DNA from: a virus
Virus record (IMG/VR): IMGVR_UViG_3300032293_001730
Coordinates: 1 to 64,000 of that record
DNA length: 64,000 bases
Direction: 5' to 3' (one strand)
Shown: piece by piece, positions 61,397 to 64,000 of the stretch
Layout of the letters: every line of letters starts with the position of its first letter
Numbering within the stretch: position 1 is the first letter of the stretch
Program-made: the position numbers and the translations under genes
Notes under the pieces: generated by a model
Seen by the model: only the letters and a program-made list of their open reading frames with translations
Told to the model about the DNA's origin: nothing
Databases searched by the model: none

Positions 61397-62232
61397 TTAC
61401 ACATAGTCTGGATACAGGACTTCGTGTCGACTACGACATGGCGAACGAGGTCTATCACGCCGAGAAGAAACACAAGAGCCGTTCTCAGGTCCACCGCTAT
61501 CGCGGCGTGCTCGGCGGCCGGGCCCAGCGGTACGCCGAAGTCCTGGGCAAGAGCCTGTTCAGCGGCAACTCGGCCACGAGCTTCGGATCGCTCGTCGACG
61601 CGGCGTTCGAGGCAGTGGTTCGTGGAGTCGACTGGCGGTCTCGCTGTGTCGTGCCCCCGCCGGGTGTCCTCGCATCGGACGGCAGTCGTCGAGGCAACGC
61701 GTTCAAGGAGTGGCGTTCGAGCTTGCCCGTCGGGGCCGTCGAGTGCTCGGAGTCTGATTTCGGCAAGTGTGCGGACATGATCGCGAGCCTCTGGGAGCAC
61801 AAGGCCGCCAAGGCCCTGATGGATCAGGTCGCACACTCGCAGATGAGTGTGTTCTGGGCCGACGCCAACGGGCACAGGCGGAAGGCTCGTGCCGACGGCG
61901 TGACGCGATCCGGCGCGTGGTTCGACCTGAAGACGACGAGCAGCGAGTGGCGGGAACTCAAGTGGTCCTTCCGCCGGTTCGGCTACGACTGGCAGGCGTC
62001 TTGGTACTCACAAGCGGCGGCAGCGGCCGGTGCTGATCCTTTCGTGTTCAAGTTCATCGTCGTGCAGAGCTTCGCTCCTTACGACGTGAAGGTCGTGTCT
62101 CTCAAGCCCGAGGCCATCGAGCGGGCTCGGATCGAGATCGACGAGACGCTCTTCGAGATGCATCGTCGCGAGCAGACCGGCGAGTACGTCGCCGAGTCGT
62201 ATCACGAGGAAGAGGTGCTCGACCTCGACTGA
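61393..62232 (+). CDS. RecE/ExoVIII-like PD-(D/E)XK nuclease (DUF3799)
   Basis: YHA..SRS, FGSLV, KARAD..DLKTT, YDWQASWY. Confidence 0.85.
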   Translation: MITHSLDTGLRVDYDMANEVYHAEKKHKSRSQVHRYRGVLGGRAQRYAEVLGKSLFSGNSATSFGSLVDAAFEAVVRGVDWRSRCVVPPPGVLASDGSRRGNAFKEWRSSLPVGAVECSESDFGKCADMIASLWEHKAAKALMDQVAHSQMSVFWADANGHRRKARADGVTRSGAWFDLKTTSSEWRELKWSFRRFGYDWQASWYSQAAAAAGADPFVFKFIVVQSFAPYDVKVVSLKPEAIERARIEIDETLFEMHRREQTGEYVAESYHEEEVLDLD

Positions 62233-62317
62233 AGTCTTTAGCGACCAGAACCCGTCCGCGTCGCGGCGGTGTGTCTGTTCGTTGGTTGGTGGTAGGTAAA
62301 GAAAGGAGTTGACATAA

Positions 62318-63085
62318 ATGTCAACAACTCTTGCGGTAGCTGGTTCGTTCCGTGCCCTCGCTCCTAACAGCGAGATCGCGGAGGTCATCCAGGCGAACCT
62401 CGGTGGCGGTTCGCTGCGTCGGTCGGACCTGACGTTCGTCAAGATTCCGACGGGTGGTAGCACCCGCTGGAACTGGTCGGTCGCGGGCAACGAGTTTTCG
62501 GAGAAGAGCATCACGGGCCTGTGTGTCGTGGCGACTCGGACGGAGTACAACCTCTGGCCGCAGTCGACCGCGACGCCCGGCAGTCTTCCGTACCTTCGTT
62601 CGCTCGACGGTGTGGTCGGGCACAAGGTCGGAGACGATCACGGCGACCTGGACCTGAAGGTCCTCGAAGCCGCGAAGAATGCGGACGGCACCTATCGGTG
62701 GAAGGACCTGCCGTACTGCCAGTGGCAGGACCGGACCCCTCCCCGTGCGAAGCCGTCTCGCGTGGTCGGCGTTCTCCGCGAGGAGGACGCAAGTCCTTTG
62801 TTCGTGCAGATTTCTCCGACGAGCCTCAAGCCCGTCGAGGACTTTCTGCGTGCTCTCGCTGCTCAGTTCGTCCCGCACTACCGTGCGATCGTCGAACTGA
62901 CGCTCGAAAAGCGGAAGGGTGCTCGGGCCGACTACGCCGCGATCGTGTGCCGCCATGTCGGCACGATCGGACAGGATGAGGGTGAACGGGCCAAGGCCTT
63001 GTTCACAACGTCCCTCACGCCTGTGTTGACCGGAGGCATCTCGCAGATCGCCCCTCGGTCGGCCGACAACGCGGTGCCCTTCTAG
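62318..63085 (+). CDS. Putative ssDNA-binding/annealing protein
   Basis: Follows the exonuclease, strong RBS, C-terminal DNAVPF tail typical of SSBs. Confidence 0.5.
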   Translation: MSTTLAVAGSFRALAPNSEIAEVIQANLGGGSLRRSDLTFVKIPTGGSTRWNWSVAGNEFSEKSITGLCVVATRTEYNLWPQSTATPGSLPYLRSLDGVVGHKVGDDHGDLDLKVLEAAKNADGTYRWKDLPYCQWQDRTPPRAKPSRVVGVLREEDASPLFVQISPTSLKPVEDFLRALAAQFVPHYRAIVELTLEKRKGARADYAAIVCRHVGTIGQDEGERAKALFTTSLTPVLTGGISQIAPRSADNAVPF

Positions 63086-63099
63086 TTGATTGTCTGGAT

Positions 63100-63141
63100 A
63101 CGGGGGCCCCGGCTGTCGGGGCCCCCGTCTTTTTCTTTTTT
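63100..63141 (+). terminator. Rho-independent terminator
   Basis: ACGGGGGCCCCG..CGGGGCCCCCGT followed by CTTTTTCTTTTTT. Confidence 0.8.
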
Positions 63142-63157
63142 CACGGAGGAATTCACA

Positions 63158-64000
63158 GTGCCCTACGATCCCAACGAAATCTTCGCGGCCGCCGCCGCTC
63201 TCGCCGCGCTCGGCATGAAGGTGGTCAAGCTCTACGGAGTCCGCGAGGACGGCTCCTGCACCTGCTCGAAGGGCCGTGCCTGCCCGAGCATCGGGAAGCA
63301 CCCGGCCGGCGAAGGCTGGCAGCACCTCGCCACCGACAACGAGGAAGAGATCGCGACGTGGTTCGAGGACGTGAACGACAACATCCGATGGAACATCGGC
63401 GTCCGCCTGGGGCGAGTCTCTGGCATCGTCGACGTCGAGGCCGATGACGAGCACGCCATCGAGGTGATGAAGCGGTTCGGGCTCGATCAGATCGACACCA
63501 CGGCCTACAAGGGCTCGCGAGGGCCGCACTACTTGTTCCAGTACGACAGCGACCTGCCTGACGTCGGCGTCGTCAAGGTCGACGGCCTGGAGGTCCGGAT
63601 CGGCGGCGGCGAGATGGCGTCGCAGTCAGTCTTCCCGAAGTCCTGGCATCGGACAGGCGTGCAGTACGACTGGCTGCCTGGGCGGTCTCCTGAAGACGTG
63701 AAGCCGGCAAGGCTGCCTGACGATTTCAAGGAGGCGGTGATCGCCAACTCGAAGGCGAAGGGCTCGGGGGTCATTCAACAGGCCCGCGACATCCTGGCCG
63801 GCGAAGAGAAGGTCGGGGAAGGCGGGCGACACGCGTTCCTGCTCGGGATCGCCTCGTGGCTCGCGCAGCAATGCCGAGACTTCTCGGACTCTGACCGTGT
63901 CCGCCTGACGACGATCCTCAGGTCGGTGAATCAGTTCAAGTGTGCTGTCCCGAAGACAGACGAAGAGATTCGCAAGCTCGCGAACGATCAGTTCGACCAC
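63158..64000 (+). CDS. Bifunctional primase/polymerase (Prim-Pol), truncated by the window end
   Basis: GGAGGA RBS and GTG start; CTC..C.SIGKHP, NIGVRLG, VDVEAD, GPHYLF, PKSWH.TG..Y.W. Not listed in the ORF track. Confidence 0.85.
   Translation, partial: MPYDPNEIFAAAAALAALGMKVVKLYGVREDGSCTCSKGRACPSIGKHPAGEGWQHLATDNEEEIATWFEDVNDNIRWNIGVRLGRVSGIVDVEADDEHAIEVMKRFGLDQIDTTAYKGSRGPHYLFQYDSDLPDVGVVKVDGLEVRIGGGEMASQSVFPKSWHRTGVQYDWLPGRSPEDVKPARLPDDFKEAVIANSKAKGSGVIQQARDILAGEEKVGEGGRHAFLLGIASWLAQQCRDFSDSDRVRLTTILRSVNQFKCAVPKTDEEIRKLANDQFDH

Noticed and set aside
1-64000. tRNA/rRNA genes and a lysis cassette
   Set aside because: None recognisable by eye. The small hydrophobic ORFs at 41446-41556 and 42933-43142 lack an adjacent endolysin, so they were not called holins.

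Overview
A 64-kb stretch of a GC-rich, temperate, siphovirus-like phage with an HK97-type head, almost all on the + strand. Gene order: terminase small/large; a portal with a ~750-aa C-terminal extension; a ~2,240-aa multi-module protein; an extended prohead protease; an ASCH-containing protein; major capsid; a glycosyltransferase; neck and tail genes with a G-T type -1 frameshift; tape measure; a 2,286-aa tail fibre; an internal tyrosine integrase (- strand); HTH, HDAC-like, methyltransferase and nucleotide-metabolism genes; a ~14-kb array of small genes; then DUF932, SNF2-like helicase, RecE-like nuclease and a primase-polymerase cut by the window end. Four things stand out. (1) TerL is split inside its Walker A motif by a 50-nt gap that is nearly all one hairpin and is bounded by matched GGC codons, a candidate programmed translational bypass. 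(2) Four consecutive head-region ORFs are polyproteins punctuated by 13 copies of two short two-cysteine tags, 12 of them directly after an (E)-x-R site, separating GNAT-like, zeta-toxin-like and other modules; this looks like a protease-processed virion cargo system. (3) A small gene is hidden out of frame inside one polyprotein linker. (4) The accessory array is built from repeated stop codon + sigma70 promoter + palindromic operator units, with a second oriented 11-bp motif scattered genome-wide. All family assignments come from motif recognition by eye; no database searches were run.
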